Source: the human T2T-CHM13v2.0 reference genome, Homo sapiens
DNA length: 64,000 nt
Reading direction: 5' to 3' (one strand)
NCBI RefSeq assembly: GCF_009914755.1
Contig: NC_060932.1
Shown here: one piece after another, positions 11,401-26,400 of the stretch
Layout: each line of letters starts with the position of its first letter
Numbering within the stretch: position 1 is the stretch's first letter
The notes under the pieces: generated by a model
Told to the model about the DNA's origin: nothing
What the model saw: only the letters and a program-made list of their open reading frames with translations
Databases searched by the model: none
Translations under genes and position numbers: made by a program

Positions 11401-14400
11401 CGTTGGAAACGGGCTTACATGTAAAAATTAGACAGCAGCATTCTCAGAAACTTCTTTGTGGTGTCTGCATTCAAGTCACAGAATTGAACTTCCCCTCACA
11501 TAGAGCAGTTGTGCAGCACTCTATTTGTAGTATCTGGAAGTGGACATTTGGAGGGCTTTGTAGCCTATCTGGAAAAAGGAAATATCTTCCCATGAATGCG
11601 AGATAGAAGTAATCTCAGAAACATGTTTATGCTGTATCTACTCAACTAACTGTGCTGAACATTTCTATTGATAGAGCAGTTTTGAGACACTCTTCTTTTG
11701 GAATCTGCAAGTGGATATTTGGATAGATTTGAGGATTTCGTTGGAAACGGGATTATATATAAAAAGTAGACAGCAGCATTCTCAGAAACTTCTTTGTGAT
11801 GTTTGCATCCAGCTCTCAGAGTTGAACATTCCCTTTCATAGAGTAGGTTTGAAACCCTCTTTTTATAGTGTCTGGAAGCGGGCATTTGGAGCGCTTTCAG
11901 GCCTATGCTGAAAAAGGAAATATCTACCTATAGAAACTAGACAGAAGCATTCTGAGAATCACGTTTGTGATGTGGGTACTCAACTAACAGTGTTGATCCA
12001 TTCTTTTGATACAGCAGTTTTGAACCACCCTTTTTGTAGAATCTGCAAGTGGATATTTGGATAGCTGTGAGGATTTCGTTGGAAACGGGAATGTCTTCAT
12101 AGAAAATTTAGACAGAAGCATTCTCAGAACCTTGATTGTGATGTGTGTTCTCCACTAACAGAGTTGAACCTTTCTTTTGACAGAACTGTTCTGAAACATT
12201 CTTTTTATAGAATCTGGAAGTGGATATTTGGAAAGCTTTGAGGATTTCGTTGGAAACGGGAATATCTTCAAATCAAATCTAGCCAGAAGCATTCTAAGAA
12301 ACATCTTAGGGATGTTTACATTCAAGTCACAGAGTTGAACATTCCCTTTCACAGAGCAGGTTTGAAACAATCTTCTCGTACTATCTGGCAGTGGACATTT
12401 TGAGCTCCTTGGGGCCTATGCTGAAAAAGGAAATATCTTCCGACAAAAACTAGACAGAAGCATTCGCAGAATCACGTTTGTGATGTGTGCACTCAACTGT
12501 CAGAATTGAACCTTGGTTTGGACAGAGCACTTTTGAAACACTCTTTTTGTAGAATCTGCAGGTGGATATTTGGCTAGCTTTGAGGATTTCGTTGGAAACG
12601 GTAATGTCTTCAAAGAAAATCTAGACAGAAGCATTCTCAGAAACACCTTCGTGATGTTTGCAATCAAGTCACAGAGTTGAACCTTCCGTTTCATAGAGCA
12701 GGTTGGAAACACTCTTTTTGTAGTATCTGGAAGTGGACATTTGGAGGGCTTTGTAGCCTATGTGGAAAAAGGAAATATCTTCCCATGAATGCGAGATAGA
12801 AGTAATCTCAGAAACATGTTTATGCTGTATCTACTCAACTAACTGTGCTGAACATTTCTATTGATAGAGCAGTTTTGAGACACTCTTCTTTTGGAATCTG
12901 CAAGTGGATATTTGGAGAGATTTGAGGATTTCGTTGGAAACGGGATTATATATAAAAAGTAGACAGCAGCATTCTCAGAAACTTCTTTGTGATGTTTGCA
13001 TCCAGCTCTCAGAGTTGAACATTCCCTTTCATAGAGTAGGTTTGAAACCCTCTTTTTATAGTGTCTGGAAGCGGGCATTTGGAGCGCTTTCAGGCCTATG
13101 CTTAAAATAGGAAATATCTACCTACAGAAACTAGACAGAAGCATTCTGAGAATCTCGTTTGTGATGTGGGTACTCAACTAACAGTGTTGATCCATTCTTT
13201 TGATACAGCAGTTTTGAACCACACTTTTTGTAGAATCTGCAAGAGGATATTTGGATAGCTGTGAGGCTTTCGTTGGAAACGGGAATGTCTTCAAAGAAAA
13301 TCTAGACAGAAACATTCTCAGAAACACCTTCGTGATGTTTGCAATCAAGTCACAGAGTTGAACCTTCCGTTTCATAGAGCAGGTTGGAAACACTCTTATT
13401 GTAGTATCTGGAAGTGGACATTTGGAGCGCTTTCAGGCCTATGGTGAAAAAGGAAATATCTTCCCATAAAAACGACATAGAAGCTATCTCAGGAACTTGT
13501 TTATGAGGCATCTAATCAACTAACAGTGTTGAACCTTTGTACTGACAGAGCAGTTTGAAACACTCTTTTTTTGGAATCTGCAAGTGGATATTTGGATCGC
13601 TTTGAGGATTTCGTTGGAAACGGGATGCAATATAAAACGTACACAGCAGCATACTCAGAAAATTCTTTGCCATATTTCCATTCAAGTCACAGAGTGGAAC
13701 ATTCCCATTCATAGAGCAGGTTGGAAACACTCTTTTTGGAGTATCTGGAAGTGGACATTTGGAGCGCTTTCTGAACTATGGTGAAAAAGGAAATATCTTC
13801 CAATGAAAACAAGACAGAAGCATTCTGAGAAACTTATTTGTGATGTGTGTCCTCAACAAACGGACTTGAACCTTTCGTTTCATGCAGTACTTCTGGAACA
13901 CTCTTTTTGAAGATTCTGCATGCGGATATTTGGATAGCTTTGAGGATTTCGTTGGAAACGGGCTTACATGTAAAAATTAGACAGCAGCATTCTCAGAAAC
14001 TTCTTTGTGGTGTCTGCATTCAAGTCACAGAATTGAACATCCCCTCACATAGAGCAGTTGTGCAGCACTCTATTTGTAGTATCTGGAAGTGGACATTTGG
14101 AGGGCTTTGTAGCCTATGTGGAAAAAGGAAATATCTTCCCATGAATGCGAGATAGAAGTAATCTCAGAAACATGTTTATGCTGTATCTACTCAACTAACT
14201 GTGCTGAACATTTCTATTGATAGAGCAGTTTTGAGACACTCTTCTTTTGGAATCTGCAAGTGGATATTTGGATAGATTTGAGGATTTCGTTGGAAACGGG
14301 ATTATATATCAAAAGTAGACAGCAGCATTCTCAGAAACTTCTTTGTGATGTTTGCATCCAGCTCTCAGAGTTGAACATTCCCTTTCATAGAGTAGGTTTG

Positions 14401-17400
14401 AAACCCTCTTTTTATAGTGTCTGGAAGCGGGCATTTGGAGCGCTTTCAGGCCTATGCTGAAAAAGGAAATATCTACCTATAGAAACTAGACAGAAGCATT
14501 CTGAGAATCACGTTTGTGATGTGGGTACTCAACTAACAGTGTTGATCCATTCTTTTGATACAGCAGTTTTGAACCACACTTTTTGTAGAATCTGCAAGTG
14601 GATATTTGGATAGCTGTGAGGATTTCGTTGGAAACGGGAATGTCTTCATAGAAAATTTAGACAGAAGCATTCTCAGAACCTTGATTGTGATGTGTGTTCT
14701 CCACTAACAGAGTTGAACCTTTCTTTTGACAGAACTGTTCTGAAACATTCTTTTTATAGAATCTGGAAGTGGATATTTGGAAAGCTTTGAGGATTTCGTT
14801 GGAAACGGGAATATCTTCAAATCAAATCTAGCCAGAAGCATTCTAAGAAACATCTTAGGGATGTTTACATTCAAGTCACAGAGTTGAACATTCCCTTTCA
14901 CAGAGCAGGTTTGAAACAATCTTCTCGTACTATCTGGCAGTGGACATTTTGAGCTCCTTGGGGCCTATGCTGAAAAAGGAAATATCTTCCGACAAAAACT
15001 AGACAGAAGCATTCGCAGAATCACGTTTGTGATGTGTGCACTCAACTGTCAGAATTGAACCTTGGTTTGGACAGAGCACTTTTGAAACACTCTTTTTGTA
15101 GAATCTGCAGGTGGATATTTGGCTAGCTTTGAGGATTTCGTTGGAAACGGTAATGTCTTCAAAGAAAATCTAGACAGAAGCATTCTCAGAAACACCTTCG
15201 TGATGTTTGCAATCAAGTCACAGAGTTGAACCTTCCGTTTCATAGAGCAGGTTGGAAACACTCTTTTTGTAGTATCTGGAAGTGGACATTTGGAGGGCTT
15301 TGTAGCCTATGTGGAAAAAGGAAATATCTTCCCATGAATGCGAGATAGAAGTAATCTCAGAAACATGTTTATGCTGTATCTACTCAACTAACTGTGCTGA
15401 ACATTTCTATTGATAGAGCAGTTTTGAGACACTCTTCTTTTGGAATCTGCAAGTGGATATTTGGAGAGATTTGAGGATTTCGTTGGAAACGGGATTATAT
15501 ATAAAAAGTAGACAGCAGCATTCTCAGAAACTTCTTTGTGATGTTTGCATCCAGCTCTCAGAGTTGAACATTCCCTTTCATAGAGTAGGTTTGAAACCCT
15601 CTTTTTATAGTGTCTGGAAGCGGGCATTTGGAGCGCTTTCAGGCCTATGCTTAAAATAGGAAATATCTACCTACAGAAACTAGACAGAAGCATTCTGAGA
15701 ATCTCGTTTGTGATGTGGGTACTCAACTAACAGTGTTGATCCATTCTTTTGATACAGCAGTTTTGAACCACACTTTTTGTAGAATCTGCAAGAGGATATT
15801 TGGATAGCTGTGAGGATTTCGTTGGAAACGGGAATGTCTTCAAAGAAAATCTAGACAGAAACATTCTCAGAAACACCTTCGTGATGTTTGCAATCAAGTC
15901 ACAGAGTTGAACCTTCCGTTTCATAGAACAGGTTGGAAACACTCTTATTGTAGTATCTGGAAGTGGACATTTGGAGCGCTTTCAGGCCTATGGTGAAAAA
16001 GGAAATATCTTCCCATAAAAACGACATAGAAGCTATCTCAGGAACTTGTTTATGAGGCATCTAATCAACTAACAGTGTTGAACCTTTGTACTGACAGAGC
16101 AGTTTGAAACACTCTTTTTTTGGAATCTGCAAGTGGATATTTGGATCGCTTTGAGGATTTCGTTGGAAACGGGATGCAATATAAAACGTACACAGCAGCA
16201 TACTCAGAAAATTCTTTGCCATATTTCCATTCAAGTCACAGAGTGGAACATTCCCATTCATAGAGCAGGTTGGAAACACTCTTTTTGGAGTATCTGGAAG
16301 TGGACATTTGGAGCGCTTTCTGAACTATGGTGAAAAAGGAAATATCTTCCAATGAAAACAAGACAGAAGCATTCTGAGAAACTTATTTGTGATGTGTGTC
16401 CTCAACAAACGGACTTGAACCTTTCGTTTCATGCAGTACTTCTGGAACACTCTTTTTGAAGATTCTGCATGCGGATATTTGGATAGCTTTGAGGATTTCG
16501 TTGGAAACGGGCTTACATGTAAAAATTAGACAGCAGCATTCTCAGAAACTTCTTTGTGGTGTCTGCATTCAAGTCACAGAATTGAACATCCCCTCACATA
16601 GAGCAGTTGTGCAGCACTCTATTTGTAGTATCTGGAAGTGGACATTTGGAGCGCTTTGTAGCCTATCTGGAAAAAGGAAATATCTTCCCATGAATGCGAG
16701 ATAGAAGTAATCTCAGAAACATGTTTATGCTGTATCTACTCAACTAACTGTGCTGAACATTTCTATTGATAGAGCAGTTTTGAGACACTCTTCTTTTGGA
16801 ATCTGCAAGTGGATATTTGGATAGATTTGAGGATTTCGTTGGAAACGGGATTATATATAAAAAGTAGACAGCAGCATTCTCAGAAACTTCTTTGTGATGT
16901 TTGCATCCAGCTCTCAGAGTTGAACATTCCCTTTCATAGAGTAGGTTTGAAACCCTCTTTTTATAGTGTCTGGAAGCGGGCATTTGGAGCGCTTTCAGGC
17001 CTATGCTGAAAAAGGAAATATCTACCTATAGAAACTAGACAGAAGCATTCTGAGAATCACGTTTGTGATGTGGGTACTCAACTAACAGTGTTGATCCATT
17101 CTTTTGATACAGCAGTTTTGAACCACACTTTTTGTAGAATCTGCAAGTGGATATTTGGATAGCTGTGAGGATTTCGTTGGAAACGGGAATGTCTTCATAG
17201 AAAATTTAGACAGAAGCATTCTCAGAACCTTGATTGTGATGTGTGTTCTCCACTAACAGAGTTGAACCTTTCTTTTGACAGAACTGTTCTGAAACATTCT
17301 TTTTATAGAATCTGGAAGTGGATATTTGGAAAGCTTTGAGGATTTCGTTGGAAACGGGAATATCTTCAAATCAAATCTAGCCAGAAGCATTCTAAGAAAC

Positions 17401-20400
17401 ATCTTAGGGATGTTTACATTCAAGTCACAGAGTTGAACATTCCCTTTCACAGAGCAGGTTTGAAACAATCTTCTCGTACTATCTGGCAGTGGACATTTTG
17501 AGCTCCTTGGGGCCTATGCTGAAAAAGGAAATATCTTCCGACAAAAACTAGACAGAAGCATTCGCAGAATCACGTTTGTGATGTGTGCACTCAACTGTCA
17601 GAATTGAACCTTGGTTTGGACAGAGCACTTTTGAAACACTCTTTTTGTAGAATCTGCAGGTGGATATTTGGCTAGCTTTGAGGATTTCGTTGGAAACGGT
17701 AATGTCTTCAAAGAAAATCTAGACAGAAGCATTCTCAGAAACACCTTCGTGATGTTTGCAATCAAGTCACAGAGTTGAACCTTCCGTTTCATAGAGCAGG
17801 TTGGAAACACTCTTTTTGTAGTATCTGGAAGTGGACATTTGGAGGGCTTTGTAGCCTATCTGGAAAAAGGAAATATCTTCCCATGAATGCGAGATAGAAG
17901 TAATCTCAGAAACATGTTTATGCTGTATCTACTCAACTAACTGTGCTGAACATTTCTATTGATAGAGCAGTTTTGAGACACTCTTCTTTTGGAATCTGCA
18001 AGTGGATATTTGGATAGATTTGAGGATTTCGTTGGAAACGGGATTATATATAAAAAGTAGACAGCAGCATTCTCAGAAACTTCTTTGTGATGTTTGCATC
18101 CAGCTCTCAGAGTTGAACATTCCCTTTCATAGAGTAGGTTTGAAACCCTCTTTTTATAGTGTCTGGAAGCGGGCATTTGGAGCGCTTTCAGGCCTATGCT
18201 TAAAATAGGAAATATCTACCTACAGAAACTAGACAGAAGCATTCTGAGAATCACGTTTGTGATGTGGGTACTCAACTAACAGTGTTGATCCATTCTTTTG
18301 ATACAGCAGTTTTGAACCACACTTTTTGTAGAATCTGCAAGAGGATATTTGGATAGCTGTGAGGATTTCGTTGGAAACGGGGATGTCTTCAAAGAAAATC
18401 TAGACAGAAGCATTCTCAGAAACACCTTCGTGATGTTTGCAATCAAGTCACAGAGTTGAACCTTCCGTTTCATAGAGCAGGTTGGAAACACTCTTATTGT
18501 AGTATCTGGAAGTGGACATTTGGAGCGCTTTCAGGCCTATGGTGAAAAAGGAAATATATTCCCATAAAAACGACATAGAAGCTATCTCAGGAACTTGTTT
18601 ATGATGCATCTAATCAACTAACAGTGTTGAACCTTTGTACTGACAGAGCAGTTTGAAACACTCTTTTTTTGGAATCTGCAAGTGGATATTTGGATCGCTT
18701 TGAGGATTTCGTTGGAAACGGGATGCAATATAAAACGTACACAGCAGCATACTCAGAAAATACTTTGCCATATTTCCATTCAAGTCACAGAGTGGAACAT
18801 TCCCATTCATAGAGCAGGTTGGAAACACTCTTTTTGGAGTATCTGGAAGTGGACATTTGGAGCGCTTTCTGAACTATGGTGAAAAAGGAAATATCTTCCA
18901 ATGAAAACAAGACAGAAGCATTCTGAGAAACTTATTTGTGATGTGTGTCCTCAACAAACGGACTTGAACCTTTCGTTTCATGCAGTACTTCTGGAACACT
19001 CTTTTTGAAGATTCTGCATGCGGATATTTGGATAGCTTTGAGGATTTCGTTGGAAACGGGCTTACATGTAAAAATTAGACAGCAGCATTCTCAGAAACTT
19101 CTTTGTGGTGTCTGCATTCAAGTCACAGAATTGAACTTCCCCTCACATAGAGCAGTTGTGCAGCACTCTATTTGTAGTATCTGGAAGTGGACATTTGGAG
19201 GGCTTTGTAGCCTATCTGGAAAAAGGAAATATCTTCCCATGAATGCGAGATAGAAGTAATCTCAGAAACATGTTTATGCTGTATCTACTCAACTAACTGT
19301 GCTGAACATTTCTATTGATAGAGCAGTTTTGAGACACTCTTCTTTTGGAATCTGCAAGTGGATATTTGGATAGATTTGAGGATTTCGTTGGAAACGGGAT
19401 TATATATCAAAAGTAGACAGCAGCATTCTCAGAAACTTCTTTGTGATGTTTGCATCCAGCTCTCAGAGTTGAACATTCCCTTTCATAGAGTAGGTTTGAA
19501 ACCCTCTTTTTATAGTGTCTGGAAGCGGGCATTTGGAGCGCTTTCAGGCCTATGCTGAAAAAGGAAATATCTACCTATAGAAACTAGACAGAAGCATTCT
19601 GAGAATCACGTTTGTGATGTGGGTACTCAACTAACAGTGTTGATCCATTCTTTTGATACAGCAGTTTTGAACCACCCTTTTTGTAGAATCTGCAAGTGGA
19701 TATTTGGATAGCTGTGAGGATTTCGTTGGAAACGGGAATGTCTTCATAGAAAATTTAGACAGAAGCATTCTCAGAACCTTGATTGTGATGTGTGTTCTCC
19801 ACTAACAGAGTTGAACCTTTCTTTTGACAGAACTGTTCTGAAACATTCTTTTTATAGAATCTGGAAGTGGATATTTGGAAAGCTTTGAGGATTTCGTTGG
19901 AAACGGGAATATCTTCAAATAAAATCTAGCCAGAAGCATTCTAAGAAACATCTTAGGGATGTTTACATTCAAGTCACAGAGTTGAACATTCCCTTTCACA
20001 GAGCAGGTTTGAAACAATCTTCTCGTACTATCTGGCAGTGGACATTTTGAGCTCCTTGGGGCCTATGCTGAAAAAGGAAATATCTTCCGACAAAAACTAG
20101 ACAGAAGCATTCGCAGAATCACGTTTGTGATGTGTGCACTCAACTGTCAGAATTGAACCTTGGTTTGGACAGAGCACTTTTGAAACACTCTTTTTGTAGA
20201 ATCTGCAGGTGGATATTTGGCTAGCTTTGAGGATTTCGTTGGAAACGGTAATGTCTTCAAAGAAAATCTAGACAGAAGCATTCTCAGAAACACCTTCGTG
20301 ATGTTTGCAATCAAGTCACAGAGTTGAACCTTCCGTTTCATAGAGCAGGTTGGAAACACTCTTTTTGTAGTATCTGGAAGTGGACATTTGGAGGGCTTTG

Positions 20401-23400
20401 TAGCCTATGTGGAAAAAGGAAATATCTTCCCATGAAGGCGAGATAGAAGTAATCTCAGAAACATGTTTATGCTGTATCTACTCAACTAACTGTGCTGAAC
20501 ATTTCTATTGATAGAGCAGTTTTGAGACACTCTTCTTTTGGAATCTGCAAGTGGATATTTGGATAGATTTGAGGATTTCGTTGGAAACGGGATTATATAT
20601 CAAAAGTAGACAGCAGCATTCTCAGAAACTTCTTTGTGATGTTTGCATCCAGCTCTCAGAGTTGAACATTCCCTTTCATAGAGTAGGTTTGAAACCCTCT
20701 TTTTATAGTGTCTGGAAGCGGGCATTTGGAGCGCTTTCAGGCCTATGCTTAAAATAGGAAATATCTACCTACAGAAACTAGACAGAAGCATTCTGAGAAT
20801 CACGTTTGTGATGTGGGTACTCAACTAACAGTGTTGATCCATTCTTTTGATACAGCAGTTTTGAACCACACTTTTTGTAGAATCTGCAAGAGGATATTTG
20901 GATAGCTGTGAGGATTTCGTTGGAAACGGGAATGTCTTCAAAGAAAATCTAGACAGAAGCATTCTCAGAAACACCTTCGTGATGTTTGCAATCAAGTCAC
21001 AGAGTTGAACCTTCCGTTTCATAGAGCAGGTTGGAAACACTCTTATTGTAGTATCTGGAAGTGGACATTTGGAGCGCTTTCAGGCCTATGGTGAAAAAGG
21101 AAATATCTTCCCATAAAAACGACATAGAAGCTATCTCAGGAACTTGTTTATGAGGCATCTAATCAACTAACAGTGTTGAACCTTTGTACTGACAGAGCAG
21201 TTTGAAACACTCTTTTTTTGGAATCTGCAAGTGGATATTTGGATCGCTTTGAGGATTTCGTTGGAAACGGGATGCAATATAAAACGTACACAGCAGCATA
21301 CTCAGAAAATACTTTGCCATATTTCCATTCAAGTCACAGAGTGGAACATTCCCATTCATAGAGCAGGTTGGAAACACTCTTTTTGGAGTATCTGGAAGTG
21401 GACATTTGGAGCGCTTTCTGAACTATGGTGAAAAAGGAAATATCTTCCAATGAAAACAAGACAGAAGCATTCTGAGAAACTTATTTGTGATGTGTGTCCT
21501 CAACAAACGGACTTGAACCTTTCGTTTCATGCAGTACTTCTGGAACACTCTTTTTGAAGATTCTGCATGCGGATATTTGGATAGCTTTGAGGATTTCGTT
21601 GGAAACGGGCTTACATGTAAAAATTAGACAGCAGCATTCTCAGAAACTTCTTTGTGGTGTCTGCATTCAAGTCACAGAATTGAACATCCCCTCACATAGA
21701 GCAGTTGTGCAGCACTCTATTTGTAGTATCTGGAAGTGGACATTTGGAGGGCTTTGTAGCCTATCTGGAAAAAGGAAATATCTTCCCATGAATGCGAGAT
21801 AGAAGTAATCTCAGAAACATGTTTATGCTGTATCTACTCAACTTACTGTGCTGAACATTTCTATTGATAGAGCAGTTTTGAGACACTCTTCTTTTGGAAT
21901 CTGCAAGTGGATATTTGGATAGATTTGAGGATTTCGTTGGAAACGGGATTATATATAAAAAGTAGACAGCAGCATTCTCAGAAACTTCTTTGTGATGTTT
22001 GCATCCAGCTCTCAGAGTTGAACATTCCCTTTCATAGAGTAGGTTTGAAACCCTCTTTTTATAGTGTCTGGAAGCGGGCATTTGGAGCGCTTTCAGGCCT
22101 ATGCTGAAAAAGGAAATATCTACCTATAGAAACTAGACAGAAGCATTCTGAGAATCACGTTTGTGATGTGGGTACTCAACTAACAGTGTTGATCCATTCT
22201 TTTGATACAGCAGTTTTGAACCACACTTTTTGTAGAATCTGCAAGTGGATATTTGGATAGCTGTGAGGATTTCGTTGGAAACGGGAATGTCTTCATAGAA
22301 AATTTAGACAGAAGCATTCTCAGAACCTTGATTGTGATGTGTGTTCTCCACTAACAGAGTTGAACCTTTCTTTTGACAGAACTGTTCTGAAACATTCTTT
22401 TTATAGAATCTGGAAGTGGATATTTGGAAAGCTTTGAGGATTTCGTTGGAAACGGGAATATCTTCAAATCAAATCTAGCCAGAAGCATTCTAAGAAACAT
22501 CTTAGGGATGTTTACATTCAAGTCACAGAGTTGAACATTCCCTTTCACAGAGCAGGTTTGAAACAATCTTCTCGTACTATCTGGCAGTGGACATTTTGAG
22601 CTCCTTGGGGCCTATGCTGAAAAAGGAAATATCTTCCGACAAAAACTAGACAGAAGCATTCGCAGAATCACGTTTGTGATGTGTGCACTCAACTGTCAGA
22701 ATTGAACCTTGGTTTGGACAGAGCACTTTTGAAACACTCTTTTTGTAGAATCTGCAGGTGGATATTTGGCTAGCTTTGAGGATTTCGTTGGAAACGGTAA
22801 TGTCTTCAAAGAAAATCTAGACAGAAGCATTCTCAGAAACACCTTCGTGATGTTTGCAATCAAGTCACAGAGTTGAACCTTCCGTTTCATAGAGCAGGTT
22901 GGAAACACTCTTTTTGTAGTATCTGGAAGTGGACATTTGGAGGGCTTTGTAGCCTATGTGGAAAAAGGAAATATCTTCCCATGAATGCGAGATAGAAGTA
23001 ATCTCAGAAACATGTTTATGCTGTATCTACTCAACTAACTGTGCTGAACATTTCTATTGATAGAGCAGTTTTGAGACACTCTTCTTTTGGAATCTGCAAG
23101 TGGATATTTGGAGAGATTTGAGGATTTCGTTGGAAACGGGATTATATATAAAAAGTAGACAGCAGCATTCTCAGAAACTTCTTTGTGATGTTTGCATCCA
23201 GCTCTCAGAGTTGAACATTCCCTTTCATAGAGTAGGTTTGAAACCCTCTTTTTATAGTGTCTGGAAGCGGGCATTTGGAGCGCTTTCAGACCTATGCTTA
23301 AAATAGGAAATATCTACCTACAGAAACTAGACAGAAGCATTCTGAGAATCTCGTTTGTGATATGGGTACTCAACTAACAGTGTTGATCCATTCTTTTGAT

Positions 23401-26400
23401 ACAGCAGTTTTGAACCACACTTTTTGTAGAATCTGCAAGAGGATATTTGGATAGCTGTGAGGATTTCGTTGGAAACGGGAATGTCTTCAAAGAAAATCTA
23501 GACAGAAACATTCTCAGAAACACCTTCGTGATGTTTGCAATCAAGTCACAGAGTTGAACCTTCCGTTTCATAGAGCAGGTTGGAAACACTCTTATTGTAG
23601 TATCTGGAAGTGGACATTTGGAGCGCTTTCAGGCCTATGGTGAAAAAGGAAATATCTTCCCATAAAAACAACATAGAAGCTATCTCAGGAACTTGTTTAT
23701 GAGGCATCTAATCAACTAACAGTGTTGAACCTTTGTACTGACAGAGCAGTTTGAAACACTCTTTTTTTGGAATCTGCAAGTGGATATTTGGATCGCTTTG
23801 AGGATTTCGTTGGAAACGGGATGCAATATAAAACGTACACAGCAGCATACTCAGAAAATTCTTTGCCATATTTCCATTCAAGTCACAGAGTGGAACATTC
23901 CCATTCATAGAGCAGGTTGGAAACACTCTTTTTGGAGTATCTGGAAGTGGACATTTGGAGCGCTTTCTGAACTATGGTGAAAAAGGAAATATCTTCCAAT
24001 GAAAACAAGACAGAAGCATTCTGAGAAACTTATTTGTGATGTGTGTCCTCAACAAACGGACTTGAACCTTTCGTTTCATGCAGTACTTCTGGAACACTCT
24101 TTTTGAAGATTCTGCATGCGGATATTTGGATAGCTTTGAGGATTTCGTTGGAAACGGGCTTACATGTAAAAATTAGACAGCAGCATTCTCAGAAACTTCT
24201 TTGTGGTGTCTGCATTCAAGTCACAGAATTGAACTTCCCCTCACATAGAGCAGTTGTGCAGCACTCTATTTGTAGTATCTGGAAGTGGACATTTGGAGGG
24301 CTTTGTAGCCTATCTGGAAAAAGGAAATATCTTCCCATGAATGCGAGATAGAAGTAATCTCAGAAACATGTTTATGCTGTATCTACTCAACTAACTGTGC
24401 TGAACATTTCTATTGATAGAGCAGTTTTGAGACACTCTTCTTTTGGAATCTGCAAGTGGATATTTGGATAGATTTGAGGATTTCGTTGGAAACGGGATTA
24501 TATATAAAAAGTAGACAGCAGCATTCTCAGAAACTTCTTTGTGATGTTTGCATCCAGCTCTCAGAGTTGAACATTCCCTTTCATAGAGTAGGTTTGAAAC
24601 CCTCTTTTTATAGTGTCTGGAAGCGGGCATTTGGAGCGCTTTCAGGCCTATGCTGAAAAAGGAAATATCTACCTATAGAAACTAGACAGAAGCATTCTGA
24701 GAATCACGTTTGTGATGTGGGTACTCAACTAACAGTGTTGATCCATTCTTTTGATACAGCAGTTTTGAACCACACTTTTTGTAGAATCTGCAAGTGGATA
24801 TTTGGATAGCTGTGAGGATTTCGTTGGAAACGGGAATGTCTTCATAGAAAATTTAGACAGAAGCATTCTCAGAACCTTGATTGTGATGTGTGTTCTCCAC
24901 TAACAGAGTTGAACCTTTCTTTTGACAGAACTGTTCTGAAACATTCTTTTTATAGAATCTGGAAGTGGATATTTGGAAAGCTTTGAGGATTTCGTTGGAA
25001 ACGGGAATATCTTCAAATCAAATCTAGCCAGAAGCATTCTAAGAAACATCTTAGGGATGTTTACATTCAAGTCACAGAGTTGAACATTCCCTTTCACAGA
25101 GCAGGTTTGAAACAATCTTCTCGTACTATCTGGCAGTGGACATTTTGAGCTCCTTGGGGCCTATGCTGAAAAAGGAAATATCTTCCGACAAAAACTAGAC
25201 AGAAGCATTCGCAGAATCACGTTTGTGATGTGTGCACTCAACTGTCAGAATTGAACCTTGGTTTGGACAGAGCACTTTTGAAACACTCTTTTTGTAGAAT
25301 CTGCAGGTGGATATTTGGCTAGCTTTGAGGATTTCGTTGGAAACGGTAATGTCTTCAAAGAAAATCTAGACAGAAGCATTCTCAGAAACACCTTCGTGAT
25401 GTTTGCAATCAAGTCACAGAGTTGAACCTTCCGTTTCATAGAGCAGGTTGGAAACACTCTTTTTGTAGTATCTGGAAGTGGACATTTGGAGGGCTTTGTA
25501 GCCTATGTGGAAAAAGGAAATATCTTCCCATGAATGCGAGATAGAAGTAATCTCAGAAACATGTTTATGCTGTATCTACTCAACTAACTGTGCTGAACAT
25601 TTCTATTGATAGAGCAGTTTTGAGACACTCTTCTTTTGGAATCTGCAAGTGGATATTTGGATAGATTTGAGGATTTCGTTGGAAACGGGATTATATATCA
25701 AAAGTAGACAGCAGCATTCTCAGAAACTTCTTTGTGATGTTTGCATCCAGCTCTCAGAGTTGAACATTCCCTTTCATAGAGTAGGTTTGAAACCCTCTTT
25801 TTATAGTGTCTGGAAGCGGGCATTTGGAGCGCTTTCAGGCCTATGCTTAAAATAGGAAATATCTACCTACAGAAACTAGACAGAAGCATTCTGAGAATCA
25901 CGTTTGTGATGTGGGTACTCAACTAACAGTGTTGATCCATTCTTTTGATACAGCAGTTTTGAACCACACTTTTTGTAGAATCTGCAAGAGGATATTTGGA
26001 TAGCTGTGAGGATTTCGTTGGAAACGGGAATGTCTTCAAAGAAAATCTAGACAGAAGCATTCTCAGAAACACCTTCGTGATGTTTGCAATCAAGTCACAG
26101 AGTTGAACCTTCCGTTTCATAGAGCAGGTTGGAAACACTCTTATTGTAGTATCTGGAAGTGGACATTTGGAGCGCTTTCAGGCCTATGGTGAAAAAGGAA
26201 ATATCTTCCCATAAAAACGACATAGAAGCTATCTCAGGAACTTGTTTATGATGCATCTAATCAACTAACAGTGTTGAACCTTTGTACTAACAGAGCAGTT
26301 TGAAACACTCTTTTTTTGGAATCTGCAAGTGGATATTTGGATCGCTTTGAGGATTTCGTTGGAAACGGGATGCAATATAAAACGTACACAGCAGCATACT

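Noticed and set aside
21761-22081. Longest ORF (106 aa), unique in the window
   Set aside because: It is caused by one substitution (AACTAACT>AACTTACT near 21844) removing a stop codon in a satellite frame.
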